Part shown: piece after piece, positions 46,771 to 56,321 of the stretch
How the letters are laid out: the number at the start of each line of letters is the position of its first letter
Numbering within the stretch: position 1 is the first letter of the stretch
DNA from: Abditibacterium sp.
Lineage (GTDB): Bacteria; Armatimonadota; Abditibacteriia; Abditibacteriales; Abditibacteriaceae
Length of the DNA: 64,000 bases
Assembly: GCA_965246885.1 (NCBI GenBank)
Contig: OZ251992.1
Span: forward strand, 1,312,001 to 1,376,000
Reading direction: 5' to 3'
The notes under the pieces: generated by a model
The model's database searches: none
The model's input: the letters and a program-made list of their open reading frames with translations, nothing else
What the model was told of the DNA's origin: nothing
Made by a program: the position numbers and the translations under genes

Positions 46771-49194
46771 ATGTCCCCTCGCTTTTGCGCTTCGCTTTTG
46801 GTCGCGGGCTTTTGCCTGCCCTTGGCGGCGCGCGCCCAAAGCCGGTTTGAACTGCGCGCCGAACCCGATGTCATCCCGGCGAACGGGCTGTCCACGACTT
46901 CGATCTTCGTTCAAGTCCCGTCCGGTTCCGCCGCCATCACGCCCAACTCTGTTGTCCGCTTTGCGACGACGGCGGGCACCATCGAAGGGCAGGCCGTTTT
47001 ATCGGGCGGCGTCGCGCGCGTCTTGCTCCGCTCGGCCAGCACGCCCGGAACCGCAACTGTCACCGCGTTCGTCAACGGCGCCCGCGAAGACATTACCGTT
47101 GAGTTCGCCGAAGATACCGGGCTGCGCGAGCGCTTTCTCGAAGTCGCCGCCCCCTACACCGCGTATGGCAAGGACACCGGCATCATCACCTCGGCGGGAA
47201 AGACGAGCTTGGATTTCGGCGACCTGCACATTGAAAGCGACGTGCGGCTTGATGTGGACTTGAACATGGAGCGCATCTGGGCGCAGGGCAACGCCGGAAG
47301 CGTGGTTATTGCCAATGGGAGCGGTAAGAACCGCGTCGAACTGCGCGGCGACCGCTTGTTTTACGACTTGCGCAAGCGCCAAGGCGTGATGCGCCGCTCG
47401 CAAGCCAATGCGACGGGTGGCGCGCGCCAAGAGTTCGTCGGCTCCAAGTTCGCGGCCCCCCCCGCTCCCTTGCCGAGCGACGCCGCGCCCGTGCCCAAAT
47501 CCGATGCGCCCGCGCTGCTTGTCCCCCCGCAGGCGTCCGCCGCCGCCCCCGACCGGGTGACAGACACGCGCCAGCCAACGGCGGGCACGCGGGAATTGGT
47601 GACAGACACGCGCCAGCCAGTGGCGGGCACGCGGGAATCGGTGGCGGGTACGCGCCAACCAATGACAGACGCCCCGGATTCGTCTGCCGCCGTGCCCGGC
47701 TCGCCCGCCGCCGCCCCGGAGTCGCTCGTTCAGTCCGGCGAAACGCGCTCCAACCCACTTGTCGCGCAGCCCAAACCCGACGCCGACGGGCCGGGATTGC
47801 CGACGGAGCTACCCTCCTACAAGCCGCTTCCCGACGGCGACTTTCAGCCGCGCATCGTTGAACTGCCGCCGCCCAACTTCAACACGAGCGCGGGCTATTG
47901 GGTCGCTTCGCGGCGCTTGCGCGTCTTTCCGCGCGACAAAGTGCAGTTCGAGCGCGCCGCCATCTTCTTCAACGGCGGCAAAGCGTTCTCTCTGCCGCTT
48001 TACGTCTTGCCTCTGGACGGCTCCTTCAACCCGCAGACCGATCTTTTCTCGTTTAACTCGCGCGGCGGCGCGAGCGTGCGCTTTCCCTACTATTACCAAG
48101 CGTCCAAAGGCGGGACGGGCACGCTGTTTCTCAACAACGCGATGGGCGGCGGCTTCAGTCGCGCGCAGTCCGGCCCCTCAATTGAAGTGCAGCAGCAATA
48201 CTGGCTGAGTTCCCGCTCGCACGGCAACTTCGGCGTTGACCAAATCGGGCGCGGCGACTTCAACGTCAACTTCGCCCACCAACAGCAATTAGACCCGCGC
48301 ACCACCGCCAACCTGTTCGTCAACGCGCCGCGCCACCGCGACCTGTATGCCCGCGCTACCGTCGCCCGCGACTTGTCGGCCATGCAAATTGGCTTCGAGG
48401 GCTTCTACGACCGCCCCGAAAACACCGCCGGAAACCTGCGCGGCCAGTTCTATGCCCGCATGCGCCCCAAAACTTTGGGCAAAAGCGGCTGGACTTATTC
48501 CCTGTCGGCCAACGCCCTCGCCGTGCAGCGCGTCGCGTTTCAACTGTCCGGCGGCGTTGCCGGAACTGGCGGCCTCGACCCCAACGGCGGCGGCATCTCC
48601 ATTGGCGGCAATCCCGCTGGCGGCACGGCGGCAGTCACCGGCTACCGCGCGCTGTTGGGCCAAACTCTCAACGCTTCCCTTTCTTCGCCGTCGTATTCGC
48701 CTTGGCGCGGCTCGACTTTTAGCGCTAACTTGTTGGCAACGGCCTACAACTACTCCGACCACCGGCGCGGCCTTGCGCCCGGAGTCAACCTCGCGTTCGG
48801 CCAGTCGCTTGGCAAGCGCGCCAACTTGGGTTTGTCTTACACCTACGACCGCGCCAGTTTGGGCTTATACGGCGCGACGGCGACCTCGTTCACGCACTAC
48901 TTCACCGCCAACGCGAACGCGCGCTTGGGCGATAAAATCGTGGCGAGCGGCTTCGCTTCGCGCTCGCTGTCCGATAAATCGCTGTATGGCAACGCCGGTT
49001 TGGACTACTACTTCGCCCCGAAATGGCGGGCCGGTGCCTTTGTAGACTACGCGAGCTTTTCGCTCGCGCGGAGCCGCACCGTTACGACGGGCTGGAGCCT
49101 TGGCCGCGCCATCGGCAACCGCGAACTGTCGCTCAACCACGACTCCCTGCGCGGCAAAACCTACGTCCTGTTTAGCGGCGGGGGCGGGTATTAG
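46771..49194 (+). CDS. Exported protein with N-terminal invasin/Big_1-like domain and probable C-terminal beta-barrel (LptD-like)
   Basis: IPANGLSTT...VRFATTAGTI...GVARVLLRS..PGTATVTA; amphipathic aromatic-rich strands in the C-terminal half; in-frame 21-bp repeats at 47557-47670. Confidence 0.65.
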   Translation: MSPRFCASLLVAGFCLPLAARAQSRFELRAEPDVIPANGLSTTSIFVQVPSGSAAITPNSVVRFATTAGTIEGQAVLSGGVARVLLRSASTPGTATVTAFVNGAREDITVEFAEDTGLRERFLEVAAPYTAYGKDTGIITSAGKTSLDFGDLHIESDVRLDVDLNMERIWAQGNAGSVVIANGSGKNRVELRGDRLFYDLRKRQGVMRRSQANATGGARQEFVGSKFAAPPAPLPSDAAPVPKSDAPALLVPPQASAAAPDRVTDTRQPTAGTRELVTDTRQPVAGTRESVAGTRQPMTDAPDSSAAVPGSPAAAPESLVQSGETRSNPLVAQPKPDADGPGLPTELPSYKPLPDGDFQPRIVELPPPNFNTSAGYWVASRRLRVFPRDKVQFERAAIFFNGGKAFSLPLYVLPLDGSFNPQTDLFSFNSRGGASVRFPYYYQASKGGTGTLFLNNAMGGGFSRAQSGPSIEVQQQYWLSSRSHGNFGVDQIGRGDFNVNFAHQQQLDPRTTANLFVNAPRHRDLYARATVARDLSAMQIGFEGFYDRPENTAGNLRGQFYARMRPKTLGKSGWTYSLSANALAVQRVAFQLSGGVAGTGGLDPNGGGISIGGNPAGGTAAVTGYRALLGQTLNASLSSPSYSPWRGSTFSANLLATAYNYSDHRRGLAPGVNLAFGQSLGKRANLGLSYTYDRASLGLYGATATSFTHYFTANANARLGDKIVASGFASRSLSDKSLYGNAGLDYYFAPKWRAGAFVDYASFSLARSRTVTTGWSLGRAIGNRELSLNHDSLRGKTYVLFSGGGGY

Positions 49195-49197
49195 GCA

Positions 49198-49300
49198 AGC
49201 GAATAAATTCGCGGCCAGCAAAATCGTCAACCTTCGTTGACGTATTCCAGTTGCCCATCGGCGAAGGCCGACGTTTTCTCTGGCTGCTACTTTAGTCGCT
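49198..49300. repeat. REPIN family B-related element (inverted relative to 40344-40445)
   Basis: AGCGAATAAATTCGC...CGTCAACCTTCGTTGAC...TCGGCGAAGGCCGAC...TGGCTGCTACTTTAGTCGCT. Confidence 0.75.
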
Positions 49301-49304
49301 TGCC

Positions 49305-49333
49305 TTGACCCCGCCCGCCTACGCCGCTATAAT
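49305..49333 (+). promoter_or_regulatory. sigma70 promoter of tRNA-Leu
   Basis: TTGACC-17 nt-TATAAT. Confidence 0.8.
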
Positions 49334-49363
49334 TTCCCGTTGCCCCTTTTAGGAGGGCCGCTC

Positions 49364-49446
49364 GCGCGAGTGGCGAAATGGCAGACGCGCTAGCCTCAGG
49401 AGCTAGTGCCCGCAAGGGCGTGGAAGTTCGAGTCTTCTCTCGCGCA
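49364..49446 (+). tRNA. tRNA-Leu(CAG), CCA not encoded
   Basis: Acceptor GCGCGAG/CTCGCGC-A, D-loop TGGCAGAC, anticodon arm CTAGC-CTCAGGA-GCTAG, long variable arm, GTTCGAGTC T-loop. Confidence 0.96.
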
Positions 49447-49448
49447 TC

Positions 49449-49489
49449 AAAAAACCGCAGTCTTTCCAACCCTTGGGCTGCGGTTTTTT
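49449..49489 (+). terminator. Intrinsic terminator after the tRNA
   Basis: AAAAAACCGCAGTC...GGCTGCGGTTTTTT. Confidence 0.75.
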
Positions 49490-49523
49490 GCTTTCTGCTT
49501 CGGCCCCGCGAGCATCCACAAAG

Positions 49524-49662
49524 AGTTTTGACCGCAGATGCACGCCGATTGACGCAGATGGAAAAAAGTGTTGCTTCGCTATGTGTTAACGCATTAGTGC
49601 GCTCTGCTGTCCCCTTCCTCCAAAACATCTGCGTCAATCGGCGTGCATCTGCGGTCAAAACT
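49524..49662. repeat. Perfect 37-bp inverted repeat, MITE/REPIN-like
   Basis: AGTTTTGACCGCAGATGCACGCCGATTGACGCAGATG (49524-49560) and its reverse complement at 49626-49662, with a 65-nt spacer. Confidence 0.9.
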
Positions 49663-49702
49663 TCTTGATGCGGCCTTCCTGCTTTCTATGGCTACAGAGG
49701 CA

Positions 49703-50941
49703 CTACCACTTCACGTTTTGCAAGCGACGCGCGACTTCTTGGGCGTTGTCGCGGGAGTTGAAAGCGCTGACGCGGAAGAAGCCCTCGCCTTGCGAGCCGA
49801 AGCCCGAACCGGGCGTGATGACGACGTTCGCGTCGAGCAGCATTTTGTCGAACACGTCCCAACTGCTATACCCACTGGGCGCGGCGATCCAGATGTAGGG
49901 CGCGTGCTCGCCGCCGAAGGTTTCGAGGCCCGCCGCGCGCGCGGCGTCGCGCAGGATGGCGGCGTTGCCCATGTAATGCTCGACCAGCGCGGCGACTTCG
50001 GCTCTGCCTTCGGCAGAGTATAAGGCTTCGGCGGCGCGTTGGATGGGGTAGCTCACGCCGTTGAACTTGGTCGAGGAGCGGCGGCTCCACAAGGGATGAA
50101 AAGCGAAGCGCTCGCCGGATGGCGTGCGGCCCGTCACGGTGTGGGGGACGATGGAATAAGCGCAACGCACGCCGGTAAAGCCGCCGCTTTTCGAGTAGGA
50201 GCGGAACTCGATGGCGCAATTGCGCGCGCCCTCGATTTCATAGATGGAGCGCGGCAGTTCGGGGTCTTGGATATAGTCGGAATACGCCGCGTCGAAGAGG
50301 AGCAGGGTATCGTTTTTGAGGGCGTAGTCCACCCACGCCTTTAGCTGCACTTTAGTGGCAACGGCGCCCGTCGGGTTGTTGGGGAAGCAGAGGTAGGCGA
50401 CATCTACGGCTTGGGCGGGCGGCGCGGGCACAAAGCCGTTCTCGCGGGTGCAGGGCAAATAGACCAAGCCCTCGTAGCGGCCCGCGTCGTCGGCGCCCGA
50501 CGTGTGTCCGGCCATGACGTTGGTATCCACATACACGGGGTAAACGGGGTCGGCGACGGCGATGATGTTGTCGTCGCCGAGAATGTCGAGGATGTTGGCG
50601 GTGTCGCACTTCGAGCCGTCGCTCACGAACACTTCGTCGTCTTGCACGAGCAAGCCGTGCGCGCGGTAGTCGTTCTCGGCGATGGCGGCGCGCAAGAAGT
50701 CGTAGCCCTGCTCCGGCCCGTAGCCGCGAAAACTGTCGCGGTGCCCCAATTCGTCACTCGCGCGCTTGAGGGCGTCAATGGCCGCGCGGGGAAGCGGCTC
50801 GGTCACGTCTCCGATGCCGCACCGGATGATGTTGTGGGCCGCGTCGGGATGGTTCTCGGTGAACGCGCGCACGCGCCGCGATATTTCGGGGAAGAGGTAG
50901 CCCGCTTTGAGCTTGAGGTAGTTCGAGTTGATGGAAGCCAT
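49703..50941 (-). CDS. dapL: LL-diaminopimelate aminotransferase
   Basis: [48 protein letters not shown]. Confidence 0.94.
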   Translation of the reverse strand: MASINSNYLKLKAGYLFPEISRRVRAFTENHPDAAHNIIRCGIGDVTEPLPRAAIDALKRASDELGHRDSFRGYGPEQGYDFLRAAIAENDYRAHGLLVQDDEVFVSDGSKCDTANILDILGDDNIIAVADPVYPVYVDTNVMAGHTSGADDAGRYEGLVYLPCTRENGFVPAPPAQAVDVAYLCFPNNPTGAVATKVQLKAWVDYALKNDTLLLFDAAYSDYIQDPELPRSIYEIEGARNCAIEFRSYSKSGGFTGVRCAYSIVPHTVTGRTPSGERFAFHPLWSRRSSTKFNGVSYPIQRAAEALYSAEGRAEVAALVEHYMGNAAILRDAARAAGLETFGGEHAPYIWIAAPSGYSSWDVFDKMLLDANVVITPGSGFGSQGEGFFRVSAFNSRDNAQEVARRLQNVKW

Positions 50942-50989
50942 GCCGGAAAAGAGTAGCAAATGCCGGACGGTGCGGGCGCCAGCGATGGC

Positions 50990-52177
50990 TCAAAAAGGCG
51001 CTTGCACGATGTCGCCCGTCGCGTGCGCGTGGGAAGGGTCTACAATCATCGTGTTGGTGGGGCTGGCATCGGTCGTTATGAGCACGAGGCCCGCGCCGCC
51101 GTCGTCGTTGCCGTCCGGCCCGACGGAGTAAAGCAGATAACCGTCGCCCTGCTTGCGGTAAAGGAGCGGCGCGGCAGTGGGCGAGAATGGGTCAACGGGC
51201 GCGGTGAAGGTGTCGGGGTAAGCGCCAGAATCGAGCTTGAGGGCGCGCAGTGTGAGGGCGGCGCGGAGCAGTCGGTTGCGCACGGCGGTGCGCGCGAAGC
51301 TGAAGCGGTAAGCGCCGTCTTTGAATACATCGCGTGTCAAGCGCGCCATCGGGTTGAGGTCGGCAGGCAGGGCGGGCGCGATGGGCGAGTAGGGCCGCTC
51401 GGCATCCTGAACGAGGGCATCGAATAAGCGGGCGTTGTCGCTTTCGATGCGTGCGGCGGGAAGGGCTTTGAGTTGGGCGAGGTCTTGCGCCGTTGGGAAA
51501 TCGCCGTCTTTGGCGGGCTGGCCGTTCTCTACTTTGATGGCGGCGAGCCACTGGGTTTCCGAGGCGGTGCCGGCGCGCTCCTCGTCGCGTAGCACTTGGG
51601 TGAGCGTCGCGCGGCGGGCCTCGATGCGCTCTAAGCGGGTGACGGCCTGACGGCACTGCGCGGCGTTGAGATGAGCAGCGAACTGCTCGGCATCCTTAGT
51701 GCCGATAGATTCGATGGCGACGCCTGCCAAGCCGCCAAGGAGAGTGCCGCGCCCGACGAGCGCGCCCAGTTCCATTGCGTCGAGCCGCGAATTGAGGGCG
51801 CTTACAAAGTCGCCATCGGCGGCGCGCACGTCCGATTCAACGGCGAACTGGCGCGCAAACTCGCGGTTGCGCGCGTTGAAGCCAATACCAAAACAAGGGC
51901 CAAGGTCGGACGGGTCAAGCGGCGGAGGTAGGGGGCTAACTGGGTTTGGGGCGGCGATGACGCGGCGCACAAGCGCCAAGGCAGGCGCGTTGCGGGCGAC
52001 GACGGCGCGCTCGCGCTTGAGCTTTTCGGGAGCGGGGAGCCTGCCGTAGATGCTGTAATCGGCGGCGAGAAGTTTTCCCGCTTGCTTTAAAGTCTCGACG
52101 CCCGATAAATTGGTCGCTTGCGCGGGAGCGATGGTAGCGCCGACAACGACGACGGCGAGGAGAATAAGGCGGAGCAT
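50990..52177 (-). CDS. Exported hypothetical protein with GspG-like C-terminal motif
   Basis: Signal peptide; DPF...LLYSVGPDGNDDGG. Confidence 0.7.
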   Translation of the reverse strand: MLRLILLAVVVVGATIAPAQATNLSGVETLKQAGKLLAADYSIYGRLPAPEKLKRERAVVARNAPALALVRRVIAAPNPVSPLPPPLDPSDLGPCFGIGFNARNREFARQFAVESDVRAADGDFVSALNSRLDAMELGALVGRGTLLGGLAGVAIESIGTKDAEQFAAHLNAAQCRQAVTRLERIEARRATLTQVLRDEERAGTASETQWLAAIKVENGQPAKDGDFPTAQDLAQLKALPAARIESDNARLFDALVQDAERPYSPIAPALPADLNPMARLTRDVFKDGAYRFSFARTAVRNRLLRAALTLRALKLDSGAYPDTFTAPVDPFSPTAAPLLYRKQGDGYLLYSVGPDGNDDGGAGLVLITTDASPTNTMIVDPSHAHATGDIVQAPF

Positions 52178-52219
52178 AACGTCGGGTTTACCGCACGCGG
52201 TTTAAGAGCGCGTGAAGCC

Positions 52220-52594
52220 TCAGTCGTTCCACATGGAGCGTAGCAGCAGGCGGGCGATGAGGCCGACGGGAACGATGACCACGCCTCCGGCGAGTCCCGC
52301 CATCAGAACCGTGCCCACGACGATGACCACGACGCCAACGGCGACGACGGGGAAAATCCAACCGGCGACTTGGTTCACGGTCTGGTCGGCTTGGCGGAGT
52401 GTGGCGCGGCGGTTCTGTTCTTTGATGAACTTTTCCTGCTTGGCTTGCTCGGCCCGGCGCTGGGCGAGTTGGGTTTGCAGCGCGTCGGCCCAAGGCAAGC
52501 GCGCGCCGCACATGGCACACGCGGCGATGGTGGGCGGGTTGTAACCCTTGCACTTGGCGCAGGGCGTCTCGCCCGAAGGAATGAGAGAAGTCAC
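52220..52594 (-). CDS. Zinc-ribbon membrane protein
   Basis: CAKC...CAMC N-terminus; C-terminal TM helices. Confidence 0.7.
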   Translation of the reverse strand: MTSLIPSGETPCAKCKGYNPPTIAACAMCGARLPWADALQTQLAQRRAEQAKQEKFIKEQNRRATLRQADQTVNQVAGWIFPVVAVGVVVIVVGTVLMAGLAGGVVIVPVGLIARLLLRSMWND

Positions 52595-52654
52595 AACGCC
52601 ATTATAAACGCGCGCGGCGCCCTTGCAAAGGGTGCGGGCGGTATAATTTTCCAG

Positions 52655-52996
52655 TTAATACACCGGCTCCAAGATGCAACTCATCGAGCCTTCCGATTCT
52701 TCCATGCGCGGGTCGGCGCCGTAGTCGTGGATGCGCTCTTGGAATGCTTCGGCCCGCTCGCGCGCGCCCGTCCACAGCCGGACGCGCTTCTTCATGTCCA
52801 CTTCGACGGCGAAGCAGTACGCTTGGAGCGGGTCGTAGCCAAAGATGTCGCCCAGCATCTCGATAACATAGTCGTAGGAGTGCGAGTCGTCGTCGAGTAG
52901 CACCACGTTCCAATCGCAGTCGAGGTCAAAATCACTCTCGTCTTGGCCGACCTCGCCCACTTCGGGCAGGGCGAGCGGGGCGGAAGCAGAACGCAT
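52655..52996 (-). CDS. clpS: ATP-dependent Clp protease adaptor
   Basis: WNVVLLDDDSHSYDYVIEML...AVEVD...ERAE. Confidence 0.85.
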   Translation of the reverse strand: MRSASAPLALPEVGEVGQDESDFDLDCDWNVVLLDDDSHSYDYVIEMLGDIFGYDPLQAYCFAVEVDMKKRVRLWTGARERAEAFQERIHDYGADPRMEESEGSMSCILEPVY

Positions 52997-53011
52997 GGGG
53001 GAGAAGCCGTT

Positions 53012-53908
53012 TTACTTGGCAAACTCGCGGCCCAAGACGCCCTCGAAGACTGTCATGGCGGGGCCGGTCATCCACACTTTATCCGACTGCGCCCATTCGA
53101 TATGGAGGTCGCCGCCGGGGAGTTGGGCGAGGGCGCGGCGGTCGTCGGCGGGGAGTTTGTCGTTGAGCGCGGCGGCGACAACTGCCGCGCAAGCGCCGGT
53201 GCCGCACGCGAGGGTGTCGCCCGCGCCGCGCTCCCAGTGCCGCACCCAGAACTTCGCGCGCCCGATTTCTTGCACGAAGTGGACGTTGGTGCGGGCGGGG
53301 AACAGTTCGTGGTGTTCGATTTCGAGGCCGATTTCTTTAAGCGGCACGGTTTCCACGTCGTCCACGAAAATGACGACGTGCGGGTTGCCCATCGAAACTG
53401 CCGTGATGCGGAACACTTGGCCGTTCACGTCGAGCGGGTAATCAATGACGCGGCTATCGCCGCCGTTGCCCTCGACGATGGTCATCGGGATTTGCGAGCG
53501 CAGCAGGCGCGGCGCGCCCATATCCACGCGCACTTGAAGCGGGTTCTGGCCGGGGGTTTGGCCGGGGAGAATCTCGATGCTTTGCAAGCCTTCCTTGGTC
53601 GCAACCGAGATGGCCTTGGCTTCGATGAGGCCCGCGTCGAAGAGGAATTTGCCAAAGCACCGGATGCCGTTGCCGCACATTTCCGATTCGGAACCGTCGG
53701 GGTTCCACATCCGCATCCGGTAGTCGGCGATATCGTCTTCCAATATCAGGATGAGGCCGTCGCCCCCGACGCCGAAGTGCCGGTCGCACACGCGCTGCGC
53801 CAGTTCGGTCATGCCCTCTTCGGGCGGCGCTTCGCCGCGAATGCAGTCGAGCATAATGAAGTCGTTCCCGATGCCGTGCATCTTGGTAAATCTCAGTTGG
53901 TCATGCAT
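53012..53908 (-). CDS. dapF: Diaminopimelate epimerase
   Basis: FTKMHGIGNDF, EMCGNGIRC, VSMGNPH, FPARTNV, WERGAGDTLACGTGAC. Confidence 0.94.
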   Translation of the reverse strand: MHDQLRFTKMHGIGNDFIMLDCIRGEAPPEEGMTELAQRVCDRHFGVGGDGLILILEDDIADYRMRMWNPDGSESEMCGNGIRCFGKFLFDAGLIEAKAISVATKEGLQSIEILPGQTPGQNPLQVRVDMGAPRLLRSQIPMTIVEGNGGDSRVIDYPLDVNGQVFRITAVSMGNPHVVIFVDDVETVPLKEIGLEIEHHELFPARTNVHFVQEIGRAKFWVRHWERGAGDTLACGTGACAAVVAAALNDKLPADDRRALAQLPGGDLHIEWAQSDKVWMTGPAMTVFEGVLGREFAK

Positions 53909-53988
53909 AGAAAAGATTATAGCCGCGCGCGCCCCCATTCGGACGGCACGCGCTCTGCAAACGTCCGTCCGGAAAATAGATAATCAGC

Positions 53989-54444
53989 ATGACTGACGAA
54001 CTGCTTCTTCCTTCTGCCCTTGACGACCGCACCGTTCCCGAACCGCTTCTGCGCTGGACAGGCTCCCTCCTTGGCCGCGCGGCGCAGCGCGTGCGCGACT
54101 CCTTTGAAAGCCGCCTGAGCGGGTCGGGCCTTAAAGCCAAGCACTACTCCGCGCTCATCCTGCTCGATGACGGCCCGAAAACGCAAATCGAATTGGGCCG
54201 CATGCTGTGGGTAGACCGCACTTCGATGGTCGCTCTTGTGGACGCCCTCGAAAGCAGTGGCGACGTGCGGCGCGAGCGCCATCCCGACGACCGCCGCGCG
54301 TATCTCTTGCAACTCACCGACGAAGGCCGCGCCACCCTCGCGCGCGCCCGCCAAGTCGCCGACGAAGTCGAAGCCGAAATCTTCTCCGCCCTTTCCGAAG
54401 CGGAGCGCGAGCAGTTAAGGGGGCTTTTGGCGCGGCTGATTTAG
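53989..54444 (+). CDS. MarR family transcriptional regulator
   Basis: TQIELG...VDRTSMVALVDALE...DDRRAYLLQLTDEG. Confidence 0.93.
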   Translation: MTDELLLPSALDDRTVPEPLLRWTGSLLGRAAQRVRDSFESRLSGSGLKAKHYSALILLDDGPKTQIELGRMLWVDRTSMVALVDALESSGDVRRERHPDDRRAYLLQLTDEGRATLARARQVADEVEAEIFSALSEAEREQLRGLLARLI

Positions 54445-54459
54445 CGCCTCTCTTCCATC

Positions 54460-56094
54460 ATGGCCACCCAAGCACTTAATCGTCCCGGCGCCCTCGCCGC
54501 GCCGCGTCCCGTCGCCGCCGAAGAAGAGGAACTGTCGCCTTTTCGCTGGATTATCCTCGCGGGTCTCATCACCGCCGCGATTCTGGAAGTTCTCGATACC
54601 ACCATTGTCAACGTCGCCCTCCCGCAGATGGCGGGGAACCTCGGCGCGACTTCGCAGGAAATCGGTTGGGTTTCGACGGGCTACATCCTCTCGAACGTCG
54701 TGGTGCTGCCCATGACGGCGTGGTTGGCGTCGCGCTTTGGGCGGCGGCGCTATTTGAGCGGCTCCATCATTTTGTTTCTGGTCGCGTCCTTGTTTTGCGG
54801 CACCTCGCACGGGTTGGGCGAGCTTGTCTTCTGGCGCATCCTGCAAGGCGCGGGCGGCGCGGCTCTTTTGTCAACGGCGCAAAGCACCATCCGTGAAATC
54901 TTCCCGCGCGAGCAGCAGGGGACGGTGCAGTCCATCTACGTGTTGGGCATTATCGTCGCGCCCACCATTGGCCCCACATTGGGCGGCTACATCACCGACA
55001 ACTACTCGTGGCCTTGGATTTTCTTCGTGAACCTGCCCATCGGCTTGTTCGCGCTCGCCGTCGTCGCCTCGTTCCTGACCGACGCGAAGTATCCGATGAA
55101 GCGCACCGCCGTTGACTGGTGGGGCGTCGGCTTGCTGACCGTTGGACTGGGCTGCTTGCAATACGTTTTGGAAGAAGGCAACGCCGACGACTGGTTCGAG
55201 AGCGCCGCCATCCTGCGCTTGTCCATCATCGCCGCCGCCGCGCTGTCGGCCTTTTTATGGTGGGAACTGTCGCCGCGCAACCCCGCGCCCATCGTGAACC
55301 TGCGCGTCATGAAAAACCGCGACCTGAGCGCGGCCATGATCCTCTTCGGCGCGCTCGGCTTCGGATTATACGGCGGCATTTTCATCTTCCCCTTGTTCGC
55401 GCAGTCCATCCTGCGCTTCACGCCGACCGTGACTGGCCTCGTCCTCATGCCCGGCGCTTTGGCGACCGGGGCGGCGGCGATGATTTGCGGGCGCCTCTTG
55501 AACGGCAAAGTCAAGATTATTCAACCGCGCACCGCCATCATTACGGGGATGCTGCTGTTCATCTACTCGATGTGGGATTTGGGCCACCTGACCGCGCAAA
55601 GCGGCGAGCCGGACACGCGCTTCGCCCTCATCATTCGCGGCTTCGGCTTGGGCCTCCTGTTCACGCCCATCAATCTCGCCGCGCTTTCGACGCTCAAGGG
55701 CTACGAAATCCCGCAAGGCGCCAGCCTGCTCAACCTGATGCGGCAGTTAGGCGGCTCGTTCGGCATCGCCGTCTTGGGCACTTTCGTCACCAACCAAACG
55801 CAAGTGCACCGCTCCGAGCTTGTGACCAACGTCTACGCAGGCAACCCGGCGTTCGATTCGATGTATAACGGCCTCATCGCCACCTTCCAAGGGCGCGGCT
55901 TCGACCTACCGCACGCCCAAAGCGCCGCCCTCGCTCTTATTGACCGCACCGTGCAAACCCAAGCGCAAACCCTCAGCTTCGCCAACGCCTTCCTGCTCAT
56001 CGGCCTCGCCGTCGCTTTGGTCTCCCCCTGCGTATTCCTGCTGCGCCAAGGCAACGCCAGTAGCAGCGCTGCAAGCGCGGCAGACGCGCACTAA
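54460..56094 (+). CDS. DHA2 (EmrB/QacA) MFS efflux permease
   Basis: LDTTIVNVALP, RILQGAGG, GPTLGG, WIFFVNLPIG; about 14 TM segments. Confidence 0.93.
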   Translation: MATQALNRPGALAAPRPVAAEEEELSPFRWIILAGLITAAILEVLDTTIVNVALPQMAGNLGATSQEIGWVSTGYILSNVVVLPMTAWLASRFGRRRYLSGSIILFLVASLFCGTSHGLGELVFWRILQGAGGAALLSTAQSTIREIFPREQQGTVQSIYVLGIIVAPTIGPTLGGYITDNYSWPWIFFVNLPIGLFALAVVASFLTDAKYPMKRTAVDWWGVGLLTVGLGCLQYVLEEGNADDWFESAAILRLSIIAAAALSAFLWWELSPRNPAPIVNLRVMKNRDLSAAMILFGALGFGLYGGIFIFPLFAQSILRFTPTVTGLVLMPGALATGAAAMICGRLLNGKVKIIQPRTAIITGMLLFIYSMWDLGHLTAQSGEPDTRFALIIRGFGLGLLFTPINLAALSTLKGYEIPQGASLLNLMRQLGGSFGIAVLGTFVTNQTQVHRSELVTNVYAGNPAFDSMYNGLIATFQGRGFDLPHAQSAALALIDRTVQTQAQTLSFANAFLLIGLAVALVSPCVFLLRQGNASSSAASAADAH

Positions 56095-56126
56095 TTGGAC
56101 GAGGGGCTACCGATACACTGAAAGCT

Positions 56127-56321
56127 ATGAGCCGCACCTTTCCCGAAGCGCCCACCGCGCCCGAAACCGACACTTCCGATGAAGCCGTCGCCGAACGTCT
56201 ACGCAAGTTGGACGAACTCCTCGCCCTCGGCGCCCGCCTGACGGCGGGCCTACCCCCGCTTCACCCCGACGCCGCGCGCTTCTCTTACGAAGACCGCGAC
56301 GAAGATGACGACATGGTATGA
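56127..56321 (+). CDS. Putative antitoxin of the PIN toxin
   Basis: 64 aa with an acidic tail; ATGA overlap with the PIN gene. Confidence 0.6.
   Translation: MSRTFPEAPTAPETDTSDEAVAERLRKLDELLALGARLTAGLPPLHPDAARFSYEDRDEDDDMV

Noticed and set aside
49364..49446. tRNA as a prophage or island integration site
   Set aside because: No integrase and no duplicated tRNA 3' end are visible in the window.
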